Below are positions 30,146 to 40,284 of a stretch of DNA of 64,000 nucleotides, one piece after another. Source of the stretch: an uncultured delta proteobacterium (lineage in GTDB: Bacteria; Myxococcota_A; Polyangia; Fen-1088); contig CAWCMR010000006.1 in the NCBI GenBank assembly GCA_963796685.1, positions 128,001-192,000 of the forward strand. The letters are read 5' to 3'. The notes beneath the pieces were generated by a model. It did no database searches and had not been told where the DNA came from. It worked only from the letters and a program-made list of their open reading frames with translations. How positions within the stretch are numbered: position 1 is the stretch's first letter; each line of letters begins with the position of its first letter. The position numbers and the translations under genes were made by a program.

Positions 30146-30271
30146 GGTCTTCCTCCCTTTCTGCTTGCAGCCCGATGCAGGATGGACCCTCTTTCCATCT
30201 ACTTGTCTCAGATGCGGCCCTTTGCAAAAGGTTCCGCTTGGGGGGGGCAGGAAGCGGACGCCCCCGCCGTC

Positions 30272-31696
30272 TCACTCGCCTGCCGAAGCTCTCATCTCGG
30301 GAGCGGGTTTGGCGAGGTGCTGCTCGGCCGAAGGCACGATAGGAAGCCAAAACGTGAAACGCGAGCCGCGCCCCGTGTCGGACTCCACGGCCACCCTTCC
30401 TCCGCGCGCGTCCAGAATCCGGCGCACGGTCGCCAGGCCGATTCCCGTGCCCGGTGCCTTGCAGTGCTCGACGCGAAAGAAGGGTTCGAAGATCTTGTCA
30501 TGCAGGTCTTTCGCGATTCCGGGCCCCGTATCTTCCACATCGATTCGGCACAGCCGTCCATCTTCATGCGCCGAAACGCGAACCCGCCGCTCCTTTTGCC
30601 CATCCAGATACTTGACCGCGTTCCCGCACAAATTGGCGAGAACGATGTGGAGCAAGCCCGGACTGCAGCGAAGATGTACGTCCGGGATCTCTCCGATTTC
30701 GACCGCCACGTCGAGCCGGGCGGCCATCGCCGCGATCGCATCGTGGACGCTCTTCACGGCTGGTGCGAGCGCCGCCGCCTCGTGCTCGGCCCGGTGACTG
30801 GCGCGCGAGAAGGCGAGGAGGGCATCCAAGATGGCGATCGCCCGGCGCGAGCAGCGCTCGATACGATCCGCAATCTGGAGTGCGCGATCGGGCATCCCCT
30901 GCAACTTTCGCAGCATGAACGGTGCTGCCACGATGGGCGCGAGCGCGTTCCGCAGATCGTGGGCTACCCGACCCGCGAAGGCGTCGAGATCGTCGTTGCG
31001 CTCCTCGGTCTCGCGGGCGTAACCCGTGATCCGTTTCTCGTAGTCGAGAATGCGCCGGCCGCCCCACGTCCAGAAAAGCAGGAGCACGAGGAACCCGGCG
31101 ATGGCTGCCGACCACTGCACGATTTCGGTACGATGTTGCAACCCGGCGATTCGCGCCATCGCGTCGCGGGCACCGGCAAGATTGAGCTGCATGAGCTCGA
31201 CGAGCCGACCGTCGAGGTCCATGTGGTCGCGCTGAACCGCGCCCAAAAGCTGCCTGGCCTCGGCATCTCGATCGTTCCGCGACCGATCCAACACCGTCGC
31301 AATCTCGCGATGGACTCGGGCCTCGATGCTCTGGGCTTGCTGCCAGATTTCCGCTTCGTGAGGAAGATCGATGAGCGGCGCATAGGCTTTCTCATGTCGC
31401 TGGATCTGCGCGGCCAGCTTGGCGAGCTGGCTCTCGGTCTCGGCGACGGTCACCCGATCCTTGTCCAAGAGGTAGTTGTTCACGAGCAGGCGCTCTTCAT
31501 CGACATCGTGGGCGATGCGTGTCACCTGCTCGACGCTGGCGAGCGAGGTCGAGTAGAGATTGCCGGCAAGGGTGCGGGAGCTTCGCGTGAGCAGGGTTGC
31601 CAGTCCCTCCTCCACGAGAAACACAGCAGCAACCACCCCAAGCCCAAACAGCAACCTGCGCTGACTCTGCCCACCAGCTAAGCCCTGTGGTCTCAT
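30272..31696 (-). CDS. Sensor histidine kinase (periplasmic 4-helix bundle)
   Basis: RVAHDLRNAL H-box, NAVKY, DTGPGI, GTGIGL. Confidence 0.93.
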   Translation of the reverse strand: MRPQGLAGGQSQRRLLFGLGVVAAVFLVEEGLATLLTRSSRTLAGNLYSTSLASVEQVTRIAHDVDEERLLVNNYLLDKDRVTVAETESQLAKLAAQIQRHEKAYAPLIDLPHEAEIWQQAQSIEARVHREIATVLDRSRNDRDAEARQLLGAVQRDHMDLDGRLVELMQLNLAGARDAMARIAGLQHRTEIVQWSAAIAGFLVLLLFWTWGGRRILDYEKRITGYARETEERNDDLDAFAGRVAHDLRNALAPIVAAPFMLRKLQGMPDRALQIADRIERCSRRAIAILDALLAFSRASHRAEHEAAALAPAVKSVHDAIAAMAARLDVAVEIGEIPDVHLRCSPGLLHIVLANLCGNAVKYLDGQKERRVRVSAHEDGRLCRIDVEDTGPGIAKDLHDKIFEPFFRVEHCKAPGTGIGLATVRRILDARGGRVAVESDTGRGSRFTFWLPIVPSAEQHLAKPAPEMRASAGE

Positions 31697-31749
31697 CGAA
31701 GTCGGCAGAACTTCTACCTAATCGTGGGGACAAGTCAAGGTGGTCAAGG

Positions 31750-32652
31750 TCAGGTGAAGACACTCTTGCGCGCGGTTTCGCAGATGGCGAGCACCGCGGG
31801 ATGTCGAATCTTTCGCTCGACCGAAATCGCATAGAAGCTTTGCGCCAGGCTCGCGTTGCGTCCCACGACTTGCACGTTGTAGCGCTGTTGGATGTCCTTG
31901 ACGACCACGTCGGGAGTGGCGAATACGCCGATTCCGGCCTCGCCGAGCTCTCTGACCAAGGCAGCGTCATCCAGCTCGGCGACGACGTTGGGCCTCACGC
32001 CGTGGCTATCGAACCATGCGTCCAAGACTCTGCGAATGGGAGATCTGCAGGTCGGAAGCAAGAAGGGCTGCTGGTCGAGGGAGGTGGGAAACCCGCGGCG
32101 AACCTTCTTGGCCAGTGCCGGGGTGGCGAAGAACGCCGTACCGCAGCGGCCGAGGAGATGACTGAAGGTGCGCACGGGGAGATCCGAGGTCACGGGGGCA
32201 TCACAGAGCAAGACGTCGATGGAGTAGCTCGCCAGCTCGGCCAGCAGCGTCTCGACCGTGCAACTCTCGCGATAGGCGACTTGCAAACCCTTCTCGATGC
32301 GGAAGGCCGGTTCGAGCATCCGGTACACCACGGATTTGGGCAGCGAGTCCACGGCCCCCACGACGAGGCGAAGCCTCGATTCGCCAGACCGGCCCTTCAC
32401 CGTACTCATCAATTCGCCGCCGAGCGCGAAGATGTCCTGGGCGAACCCGAAGACCGTGCGGCCCGTGTCGGTCAGAATCAGCTTTCTCCCTTTGCGAATG
32501 AACAGCCTTTCGCCAAGGACCTCCTCGAAGCGACGGATTTGGCCGCTGATGGTCGGGTGGGCCAGGTGCAGCTCCTTGGTCGCCGCGACGATGCTGCCCT
32601 CCTTGGCTACGACCCAAAAGTAGAGAAGGTGATGATAGTTGAGCCATTCCAT
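31750..32652 (-). CDS. nhaR: LysR-family transcriptional activator, NhaR-like
   Basis: MEWLNYHHLLYFWVVAKEGSI, FYAISVERKIRHPAV. Confidence 0.92.
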   Translation of the reverse strand: MEWLNYHHLLYFWVVAKEGSIVAATKELHLAHPTISGQIRRFEEVLGERLFIRKGRKLILTDTGRTVFGFAQDIFALGGELMSTVKGRSGESRLRLVVGAVDSLPKSVVYRMLEPAFRIEKGLQVAYRESCTVETLLAELASYSIDVLLCDAPVTSDLPVRTFSHLLGRCGTAFFATPALAKKVRRGFPTSLDQQPFLLPTCRSPIRRVLDAWFDSHGVRPNVVAELDDAALVRELGEAGIGVFATPDVVVKDIQQRYNVQVVGRNASLAQSFYAISVERKIRHPAVLAICETARKSVFT

Positions 32653-32887
32653 GGCCGCAGTGATCGGTATGATCGGTTCATCCGGGAAACGCAAAGAGAA
32701 AAGAGGGCATCGGTCGCTTTTTTCGTCATAGAAGCTTGCAAAATCCGCGTGGTTGCAGCGTGGGCCAGGGACTAGATACGCGGCTTGGCGGTCGCATCAT
32801 CAGCGTATCGAATCAGCAGAAGCCCAATCAAGGAGAGTGCGATGGTCACGACTCCGGCGTGAATGATTGTTTCCGGCGCGAATGATC

Positions 32888-32928
32888 GTTCATCCAATAG
32901 ACGGATGGGGTTCATCCAATAGACGGAT
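32888..32928. repeat. 19-bp direct repeat GTTCATCCAATAGACGGAT x2 (22-bp period), each with an ATCC-N7-GGAT dyad
   Basis: Read directly, just upstream of the PRC-barrel RBS. Confidence 0.85.
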
Positions 32929-32942
32929 AGGAAGGGATACTG

Positions 32943-33740
32943 ATGTTACGAAGCCTGAAAGACCTAGAGGGGTACACCGTCAACGCAACCGACGGCGACA
33001 TCGGAAAGGTCGTGAACTTTTTCCTGGACGATGAGCGTTGGATCGTTCGCTACCTCGTGGTGCAGACGGGGGGGGCCCTCTTCTTGGATGGGCAACGGGT
33101 CCTGATCTCGCCCATCGCCTTCGGCCAGATCGAATGGCCCAGCCATCGCTTTCATGTCGCCCTGACGGCGGAGAAGGTCAAGCACAGTCCGAGCGTCGAT
33201 ACCGACAAGCCCGTGTCGCGCCAACACGAGGCTGATTATACGCAGTACTACGGATACATGCGCTATTGGGGTTTTCCCGGAATCTGGGGCATGGGGGGAT
33301 ACCCGGGGCTGCTCGCGGCGGGCGGTGCGGACGAGCTTCCGCCACCGCTGACCGAGAAGACCGCCGGCGACGTTCACTTGCGCAGCGCCAATGAGGTTCG
33401 GGGGTACCACATTGTGGGAAGCGACGGGGTGGTCGGCCATGTCGAGGACTTCATCGTCGACGACGAGACCTGGGAAGTGCGATTGCTCGTCGTCAACACC
33501 AGCAACTGGTGGCTAGGCAAGAACGTGCTGGTTGCCCCCCACTGGGCGACCCGAATCAGTTGGGAGGAGGGCACCGTGTCTTTGGATATGTCCCGGCAAG
33601 CAGTCAAAGATAGCCCCGAGTGGGATCCGACCAAGGGCGTCAATCAGGAGTATGAAACGCGACTGTATGACTACTATGGGCGTCCGGTTGGTTGGTCCGG
33701 CAGGGGACGTCCCAAAGGTACGCCGCCACCGCGCAGCTAG
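32943..33740 (+). CDS. Double PRC-barrel domain protein
   Basis: ATDGDIGKV..DDERWIVRYLVV and HLRS..EVRGYHI..DG..GHVEDFIVDD. Confidence 0.92.
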   Translation: MLRSLKDLEGYTVNATDGDIGKVVNFFLDDERWIVRYLVVQTGGALFLDGQRVLISPIAFGQIEWPSHRFHVALTAEKVKHSPSVDTDKPVSRQHEADYTQYYGYMRYWGFPGIWGMGGYPGLLAAGGADELPPPLTEKTAGDVHLRSANEVRGYHIVGSDGVVGHVEDFIVDDETWEVRLLVVNTSNWWLGKNVLVAPHWATRISWEEGTVSLDMSRQAVKDSPEWDPTKGVNQEYETRLYDYYGRPVGWSGRGRPKGTPPPRS

Positions 33741-33761
33741 GGCTGTCGGGGTCTGGAGCCT

Positions 33762-36525
33762 CTATTTCGAGTGTTCAGCAAGCACCTGCTTGAGGGTGTT
33801 CATCGCTTTGCCGAAATCCTTCCAATCCCCCTGCTGCATCGCCTTCTGGGCATCGTCGAACTCCGACTTCGCCTGAGCCAGCTCTTCGTGTTCGTGCGGC
33901 AACAGTCGAGCTTGAGGGGTGGGCGCCATTCCGAACACGGCCTGGATTGCCTCATCGAGGGTGGGCTGCATCGCCACTTTGTTGCCGGAAATCACGATGA
34001 CCCGCTTGAGCTGAGGAAAGTCCGTGCCCTCGGCCGTCAGGTAGAGCGGCACGACATAGAGAAAGGAATTCTCGATGGGTACCGCAAGCAGGTTTCCGCG
34101 AATGACACGCGACCCCTTTTGATCCCACAGGGTCAATTGCTGCGCGATCGCCGTGTTCTGGTCGATCATCGCTTCGATCTGCATCGGGCCATAGACCAGC
34201 TTGTCCTTGGGAAGCTCGTAATAGAGCATCTTGCCGTAATCGGGAAAATCGCACCGGGCGGCCAACCAGGACACCATGTTGTTGCGTCTTGGCGGTGTGA
34301 ACGGAGTCATGATGAGGTACTCGAGCCGATCGCTTCCGGGCAGCTTCATCAGGATGTAGTAGGGCTCCATGGGGGCGGTGGTGCCTCCGTAGGCCTCGTT
34401 GGGAAACACCCAGAGATCTTCGCGGTTGTAGTAGACCTGTGGGACGGCCATGTGGAAGGTCCTGAACTGGTCGGCCTGGATGGCAAAGAGATCCCTGGCG
34501 TAGCGCAGATGGGTCTTCAGATCGGGCGAAAGTTGGCTGAGGTCCTTGAAGAGGTGCGGAAAGGCGTGTCGGTAGACCGCCAGAACGGGATCCCGGGGAT
34601 CCATCGTGTAGAAGTCGACGGTTCCGTCGTACATGTCCACCACCACCTTCACCGAGTTGCGAATGTAGTTGAATGCCTGCTCGAAGGCCGCCCCATGGGG
34701 GGAGGAATAGGGGTAGTGGTCCGAGACGGTGTAGGCGTCTTGAATCCAGTACTGTCTGCCCCCGCTCACCACGGCATAGGGATCCTGGTCGAGGCGCAAG
34801 AACGGGGCGATCTGCTGCACGCGCTGTTGGACGCGCCTCCAGATTTGAATCTTGCTGCTCGGCTTGAGGTAGGAGGTGAAGAGAATGTTGATGTCGGACT
34901 GTGTCCAGGCGAACAGGAGTCGCTTCCAAATACTGTCCAGCGGAATGCCTCCTTTTCCCTCGTAGTTGGTGTAGACATTTTGATTCCCCTTCGGATAGTC
35001 GAATTCCTTGACGCCGGTCGCGACGATGCGATATCCGGGGGTCGACTTGCCGAAGTAGATGGCAGGCTGCTTGGTGGCCAATCCGAAGGAGGATTCGGGC
35101 GGGATGTTCTCCAGAATGTATTGCGGAAAGCCTCCGCCAGTGGTCTTGGACACGAAGCTCATCACCAGCCCGTAACCGTGGGTGAACTGCAACGTCTGGT
35201 TGACCCAGGTTTGGGCATCCGCGGGAAGGTCCGGGGAGAAGCTCGCGGGCCGAAAGCATCACCTGGTGATAGCCGTCCGGGAGATGGTAGCGGTCCACGT
35301 CTACTTCGTAAAACTGGTAGTAGAGCCGAATCTCCTGGGCCTGCTGGTACATGCGAAGCAGAGGGCGGTAGTCCCAGAGTCGAATGTTCTGAATCGTGGC
35401 TTGATTTCTCGCGATCACTTCGGGCGTCAGGTCGGCCAGGGCGGGATAGGAGGTCTCTTGAATCGCGTCCAGACCAAAGGCCTTTCGGGTGAAGTCGATG
35501 TTGCTTTCGAGATACGGTGTTTCGAGGAAGAGCTCGTTGGGTTGCACGGCAAACCGCTGAAACAGGGCGGGCAGGATCCAGATGACGGCACAGTACAAGC
35601 CGATATGAATCGCGAAGCCGATGGCCATTACTTTGAGGCGCGGCCGCATGGCGGTGAGCATCAAGAGCACGCACAGGGCCACGGCGGCGAAGGTCATGAC
35701 CCAGTAGGAGATTCGGGTAACCCGAACCGCCGTGTAGCCGGCTCCGTAGACCACCCCCATGGTGGAATAGAGGAGCTCGTAGTGGTCCAGGTAGAATCCC
35801 CACCCCCAGCTGGCAACGAGTACCAAGGACAGGACCGATACATGCGAGACAGGACCCGTGGCGATGCCGGGCGGACCCTGGTGCCAACGTAATAGGCCGA
35901 AATACCGGTAGAGAAGCAGGATGGCGAGGAGGGTGATCAGGGCCAGGGTGGCGAGGGTGCCTTGCAACAGCTCATAAAGCGGAAGGCGGAATAGATAGAA
36001 GCCGAGATCGACCCTGAAGAGTGGGTCCGACGAGCCGAAGGCGCCGCCGTAGCGAAAGCGCAAGTAGGTATCCCATTCCCCGGAGAAGACCCACGCGAAG
36101 ATGATGGCAACCCCGGCGGAGACAAGAGCGGAGACCCATTTGAAGATCCGTGGAGAGACCTGGATATTGGCCTTCGCGACGGCGGTGGGCTGGATGGACG
36201 GCAGGTCCGAAGGAAAAGCGACGCCGTTCTTCGCCGCGATGCGGAGATTGCCCCAGAGATAGAGCAGCACGAGAACGAAGGCCGCTGCGGCAAACCACCA
36301 GCGCAAGAGCAGGAGCTTCCAGAAGACGGCGTCGTAGCCGAGCTGGTGCATCCACAGACCCTTCTGAAAGTAGCCGGACAGGACCGTCAGAACGACGACG
36401 AGAGCGACCACCGCAAGGAGCAAGAGCCCGATCGGATGCCGTCCATGGACGGTGCGCAGAACGCCGAGGGCCCTGGGCACCTCGTTCGTGCGCATGGGTA
36501 CCGGTTCTCCGTTTCTCTCGCTCAT
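33762..36525 (-). pseudogene. UPF0182-family membrane protein, split by a 1-bp insertion near 35238
   Basis: NIRLWDYRP, DVDRY, MLSAREL then frame switch to WVNQTLQFTHGYG, NYIRNSVK, VIRGNLL. Confidence 0.85.
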
Positions 36526-36538
36526 GGTTCTATCTCCT

Positions 36539-36763
36539 TCATCGTTGCAACCACCATGGCCGCCACGCGTGCTTGGCGGGAGGCGACTGCGGCTTGGCCA
36601 GCGACGCCGCATTGCTCGATACATGTCGGCCACGGAAGGCCGCGGCCACGATGCCAATCAGGGCGGCAAGTACGAGCAAGGCGGAGAGCGCAAGAAGTAC
36701 CCGCCTAGCGCGGCCGGTCTTGGTTCCACGGACTATCACTCTCATCGGATCGTCCTTGTTCAT
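36539..36763 (-). CDS. Small single-TM hypothetical protein
   Basis: AGGAGG RBS; one hydrophobic helix; fills gap in same-strand run. Confidence 0.55.
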   Translation of the reverse strand: MNKDDPMRVIVRGTKTGRARRVLLALSALLVLAALIGIVAAAFRGRHVSSNAASLAKPQSPPAKHAWRPWWLQR

Positions 36764-36822
36764 CTGGAGACCTCCTTTCCGTGTTGAACCGTGGGTGAAT
36801 CGCCAACGACATCCCCGTTACG

Positions 36823-37659
36823 CTACGGTCGCGGCGCCGGTTGGATCTCCTCCAGCGAGGGCAACTCGGAGAGATTCGGCTGCAGCACGATCTCGGTGCG
36901 TCGGTTCTGCGCCCGATGTTCGGGCGAGTCGTTGGGGACCACGGGATCGTACTCGCCATACCCCGCGGCCGCGAGAACCTGGGGACGCATGCCGTGGCTG
37001 ATGAGGAATTGGGTCACCTCGACCGCACGGGCCGTGGAAAGCTCCCAGTTCGACGGAAAACGGGCGGTGTGAATCGGCACGTTGTCGGTATCGCCAGCGA
37101 CCAGAAAGTTGCGGTCCGGTATCGTGGCGAGCACCTTGGCGACATCGGCGAGCGCGACCTGCCCGTCAGGCTTGATGTCGGTCTTGCCCGAGTCGAAAAG
37201 GACGTCGTTGGGCAAAGCAATGATCATCCGGCCGTCGCGAATGACGACCTTGAGCTTGCCGGCGTCGATCATGGATTTGAAGTCGGCCACCAATTTGCGG
37301 AACATCGCCGCGCGTGCCTCGGCCGCCTGCTTCTCGCGGCGAAGGTCTTCGAGGCGAGCCCGTGCATCGGCAAGGCCTTGCGTGAGTTGTCCCTTTTCGC
37401 CCGTGAGCTTGTCGACGTTCTGACCGAGCTGTTGCAAGCGCCCGGTGAGCTGGCCGACCAGGGCGATCTCATTATCGAGTTTCTTGCGCAGCTCGTAAGC
37501 ATCGGCAGCCGCGCTGTCCCGGTCTGCCCGAACCGCCGCGAGCTCGGCGACCTTCTTGTTGTAGGTTCCGGAGCTGACACAGGCGCTGGTCGTGCAAAGC
37601 GCGACGAGGACCACCGTGAGGCCGGATGGGGGTACTGTCGATCGGAGGCGGGATTTCAT
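36823..37659 (-). CDS. OmpA/MotB-family lipoprotein with coiled coil
   Basis: TSAC lipobox; LFDSG, TDNVPI, NWELSTARA, NRRTEI. Confidence 0.92.
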   Translation of the reverse strand: MKSRLRSTVPPSGLTVVLVALCTTSACVSSGTYNKKVAELAAVRADRDSAAADAYELRKKLDNEIALVGQLTGRLQQLGQNVDKLTGEKGQLTQGLADARARLEDLRREKQAAEARAAMFRKLVADFKSMIDAGKLKVVIRDGRMIIALPNDVLFDSGKTDIKPDGQVALADVAKVLATIPDRNFLVAGDTDNVPIHTARFPSNWELSTARAVEVTQFLISHGMRPQVLAAAGYGEYDPVVPNDSPEHRAQNRRTEIVLQPNLSELPSLEEIQPAPRP

Positions 37660-37686
37660 GAAGGGCTCCTTGTGTGGTCGGCGGTG

Positions 37687-39348
37687 CTACCGACGGCCTT
37701 GTTGGACCTTGATTCGGTTAAGAACGGAGGTTGCTCCGCTTTGGTGGGCGTCTTTGCCGGCCTCAGCCCAGGCAATCCAGGTTCGGACCGTGCCGGTCAA
37801 CGTGGCGACTCCGTCGTCTACCGTGACGTTGATGTCCTTCCTGCGAACGAAGGGACTCCAGAAGAGCGCATCGTCGATGTTCTTCTTGATTCGTTCGTCG
37901 CTCAGAAAGGGTCGCCGAGTAGCATGGGCCGGGCAGCCGTGGTCGGGAGGCTGGTCGTAATTGGGCCAACCGTAACCGAGGTAGTCCGGCCAAGCGTCGT
38001 AGGAAGGAAAGACCTCCGGCTCGACTTTGAGATGGTTGACGACCGAGATCACGCCTTTCGTTCGCGACGCGGCATCCTGGGCCTCCACCCTTTGATGATT
38101 GGATGCGACTGCGCCGGAGAGATAGGCGACGTGGTTGACGACGGCCACCTCGATGGCCGAGCCGCCCAGCAACGGATCCCAATGCAACACCGCAGTCAAA
38201 TCGTCCTTGATCTCCGCGTCCGTAGCCGGACCGCTCGGCCTGACTTCGAGAAGGTTGTCGACAGCCGCGACCCCGAGGGTGTTCCTGACGTCCTGTTCGG
38301 CGGAGGTCTTAGCCTTCAAATTTCCAACCGATCCGCCGAGTAGAACCACGCCCCCTTCGACAGTCACGTCGGGAGAAAAGGCCGAGACGCGCGGATCGTA
38401 GCGAAGCGCGGCCCGCACGGCCTGCTCGATCTCGCCGTCGGATCTGACCGCATACCTCTGCTTGCGCTGGGCGGCGTCGCGGAACCACGGCTGGACGATC
38501 AGCCCCGTGCCATCGACGCCCACCACTCCGTTGACCCACGCATCGTCGATCGCTCGGGACTTTTCGACCGCGCTTCCAACCTCGCCGACGAGGGCGACTT
38601 TGCCGTCCTGAACCGTGGCACTGAGCAGGTCGCCGTCGATCCAGATGTCCCATTGCAGACGAGCCGTGACGTCACCGGCAATTTCCGAGTCGGTGCGTGT
38701 GCCCTTGTAGTCGATGGCAACATCGTTGACGACCCTTTTGACACCCTTCACGCTCTTGGCAATGCGTGCGACCAATTGCTTCTCGGCGTAGGAGCCAACA
38801 CTGCCGCTCAACGAGACGACCGCCTTCCTCACCGAAACAGCAACCTGATAGGATTCGGTCGCAGGATCCTGCACCAAGGCTGCCCGGATGTCCCGGAGAA
38901 TGTCCGCGTCCGGGCGGGCCAACGCAGCCACGTCAATCCTGTCGATGGTCGCTCGCACGCCTCGAATGCTCTGGGCTATCCGGAGGGCCCGATCTCTGGC
39001 CAGGATGTTGCTGACCGATCCAGAAAGAGTCACGATTCCATTCATCGTGGCGACATCCAAGGTATCGGGGAATACACCCCTGTCGAAGACCAGGGCCTGT
39101 TCGACGGCTTTGGTGATGGCCCCGTCGGGAATTGCCTTGGGTGCAGTCGCTGCGCGGGAAAGCGGCAAGCCGAGGATTTGAACCACCCCGACAATCGACA
39201 GGGTCGCTGACGCTCTGCCGTGGAAGGCTTGACGATGCAGCGTCGCCGCTGGCCGTCTGGGTGCAGAGCGAGCCCGGGTGAGGGGTCGAGGCCCGGTGCC
39301 CTCCCAGTGGTGTGGGCGGAGCGCAGGACCGAAGCTGTCGTTGCTCAT
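37687..39348 (-). CDS. Multi-BON-domain protein (six BON repeats)
   Basis: Six repeats of D..I...L..D....V...G.V.L.G.V......A...GV..V.N; start uncertain. Confidence 0.9.
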   Translation of the reverse strand: MSNDSFGPALRPHHWEGTGPRPLTRARSAPRRPAATLHRQAFHGRASATLSIVGVVQILGLPLSRAATAPKAIPDGAITKAVEQALVFDRGVFPDTLDVATMNGIVTLSGSVSNILARDRALRIAQSIRGVRATIDRIDVAALARPDADILRDIRAALVQDPATESYQVAVSVRKAVVSLSGSVGSYAEKQLVARIAKSVKGVKRVVNDVAIDYKGTRTDSEIAGDVTARLQWDIWIDGDLLSATVQDGKVALVGEVGSAVEKSRAIDDAWVNGVVGVDGTGLIVQPWFRDAAQRKQRYAVRSDGEIEQAVRAALRYDPRVSAFSPDVTVEGGVVLLGGSVGNLKAKTSAEQDVRNTLGVAAVDNLLEVRPSGPATDAEIKDDLTAVLHWDPLLGGSAIEVAVVNHVAYLSGAVASNHQRVEAQDAASRTKGVISVVNHLKVEPEVFPSYDAWPDYLGYGWPNYDQPPDHGCPAHATRRPFLSDERIKKNIDDALFWSPFVRRKDINVTVDDGVATLTGTVRTWIAWAEAGKDAHQSGATSVLNRIKVQQGRR

Positions 39349-39488
39349 GTTGTCTCTTTCGCCACGGTTCCGGTGTTGTTTCGTCGTGAGATCTCCGCTG
39401 CGATGGCCTCGAATAGCCGGATGGGTAAAACTGCCGGGGACCTCGGCCGGAGGCCGAGATCGGAACATGCGCAAACTCGCTCGGGATT

Positions 39489-39998
39489 CTAGGGGTAGGA
39501 TCCCAGGCCGATTTCTCCCAGGTGTTCGTCGAACTCGGGCGGGAGTGAACCCTCTGTTTTCAGGTCACGGATAGTTGGAAGCCGCAAAAGCGTCCCGGTT
39601 GCAGGTGTATGGCGCAGAAAATTGGCCAGACGTCGGTCGGCGCTCAAGACGTGATAGACCAGCCAGTCTTCGATCAGGAAGAAAATGGACTCGCTGGCCT
39701 CTGCCGGCCGTAGCATTTGCGTGTCTATCTCGCCGGCAATGTAGCGAATTTGTCGATGAAACGACGTGTGGAAAGAGCGATCGGGGTATTTTGCGTACGC
39801 CATCGCCAATTCCTCGGACAGGAGGTGGTAGTCGAGATAGGCGAGGAGCGATTTCACCGCGGGCCGAAGACGGTCGGGTGATGCCCGCAGGCCTTGCGGG
39901 TCGAGGATGGTGTTGGCCATTTCGAGCAAGGTGCGACAATGGGCATCAAAGTCGATGTTCCCGGTTTGTACCGAGGCCGTGAATTCGAATCGGTGCAT
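39489..39998 (-). CDS. Bacteriohemerythrin-like protein
   Basis: HLLSEELAM, YPDRSFHTSFH, WLVYHVLSAD. Confidence 0.85.
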   Translation of the reverse strand: MHRFEFTASVQTGNIDFDAHCRTLLEMANTILDPQGLRASPDRLRPAVKSLLAYLDYHLLSEELAMAYAKYPDRSFHTSFHRQIRYIAGEIDTQMLRPAEASESIFFLIEDWLVYHVLSADRRLANFLRHTPATGTLLRLPTIRDLKTEGSLPPEFDEHLGEIGLGSYP

Positions 39999-40112
39999 GG
40001 CATTCGTCCGAACGAGGTTGAGTGTGAAGGGGTCAGTCCCCGATGGTCTGAAGCGGCAAACATCCCCGCGCCAGCTTCGCGCCTGGAGCACAAGCTGAGC
40101 AAACTTGCATAT

Positions 40113-40127
40113 GCGGCCTGCGTGCCA
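40113..40127 (-). promoter_or_regulatory. Sigma54-like promoter for hemerythrin
   Basis: TGGCACGCAGGCCGC. Confidence 0.45.
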
Positions 40128-40284
40128 CCGGAGCAAGGAGAATTTTCGTCTGACACGAGTCGGAAAATGCGATCGAATTATCGTGCCTCTTGCGAGCGAT
40201 GGTCATGTTGACCTTTCGGTCTTGTAATGTGCGTGCAAACTAGAGGCAAGGAATCCCAACTAGGCTATCCACACCGGAGGCTTC

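Noticed and set aside
30240-30247. G8 tract as a phase-variation site
   Set aside because: Intergenic, inside a probable hairpin loop (TCCGCTT...AAGCGGA), with no clear promoter spacing role
32888-32928. Mini-CRISPR
   Set aside because: Only two 19-bp repeats with a 3-bp spacer; no cas genes
32943-33740. Photosynthesis inferred from the PRC-barrel
   Set aside because: PRC barrels are widespread; no puf/bch genes
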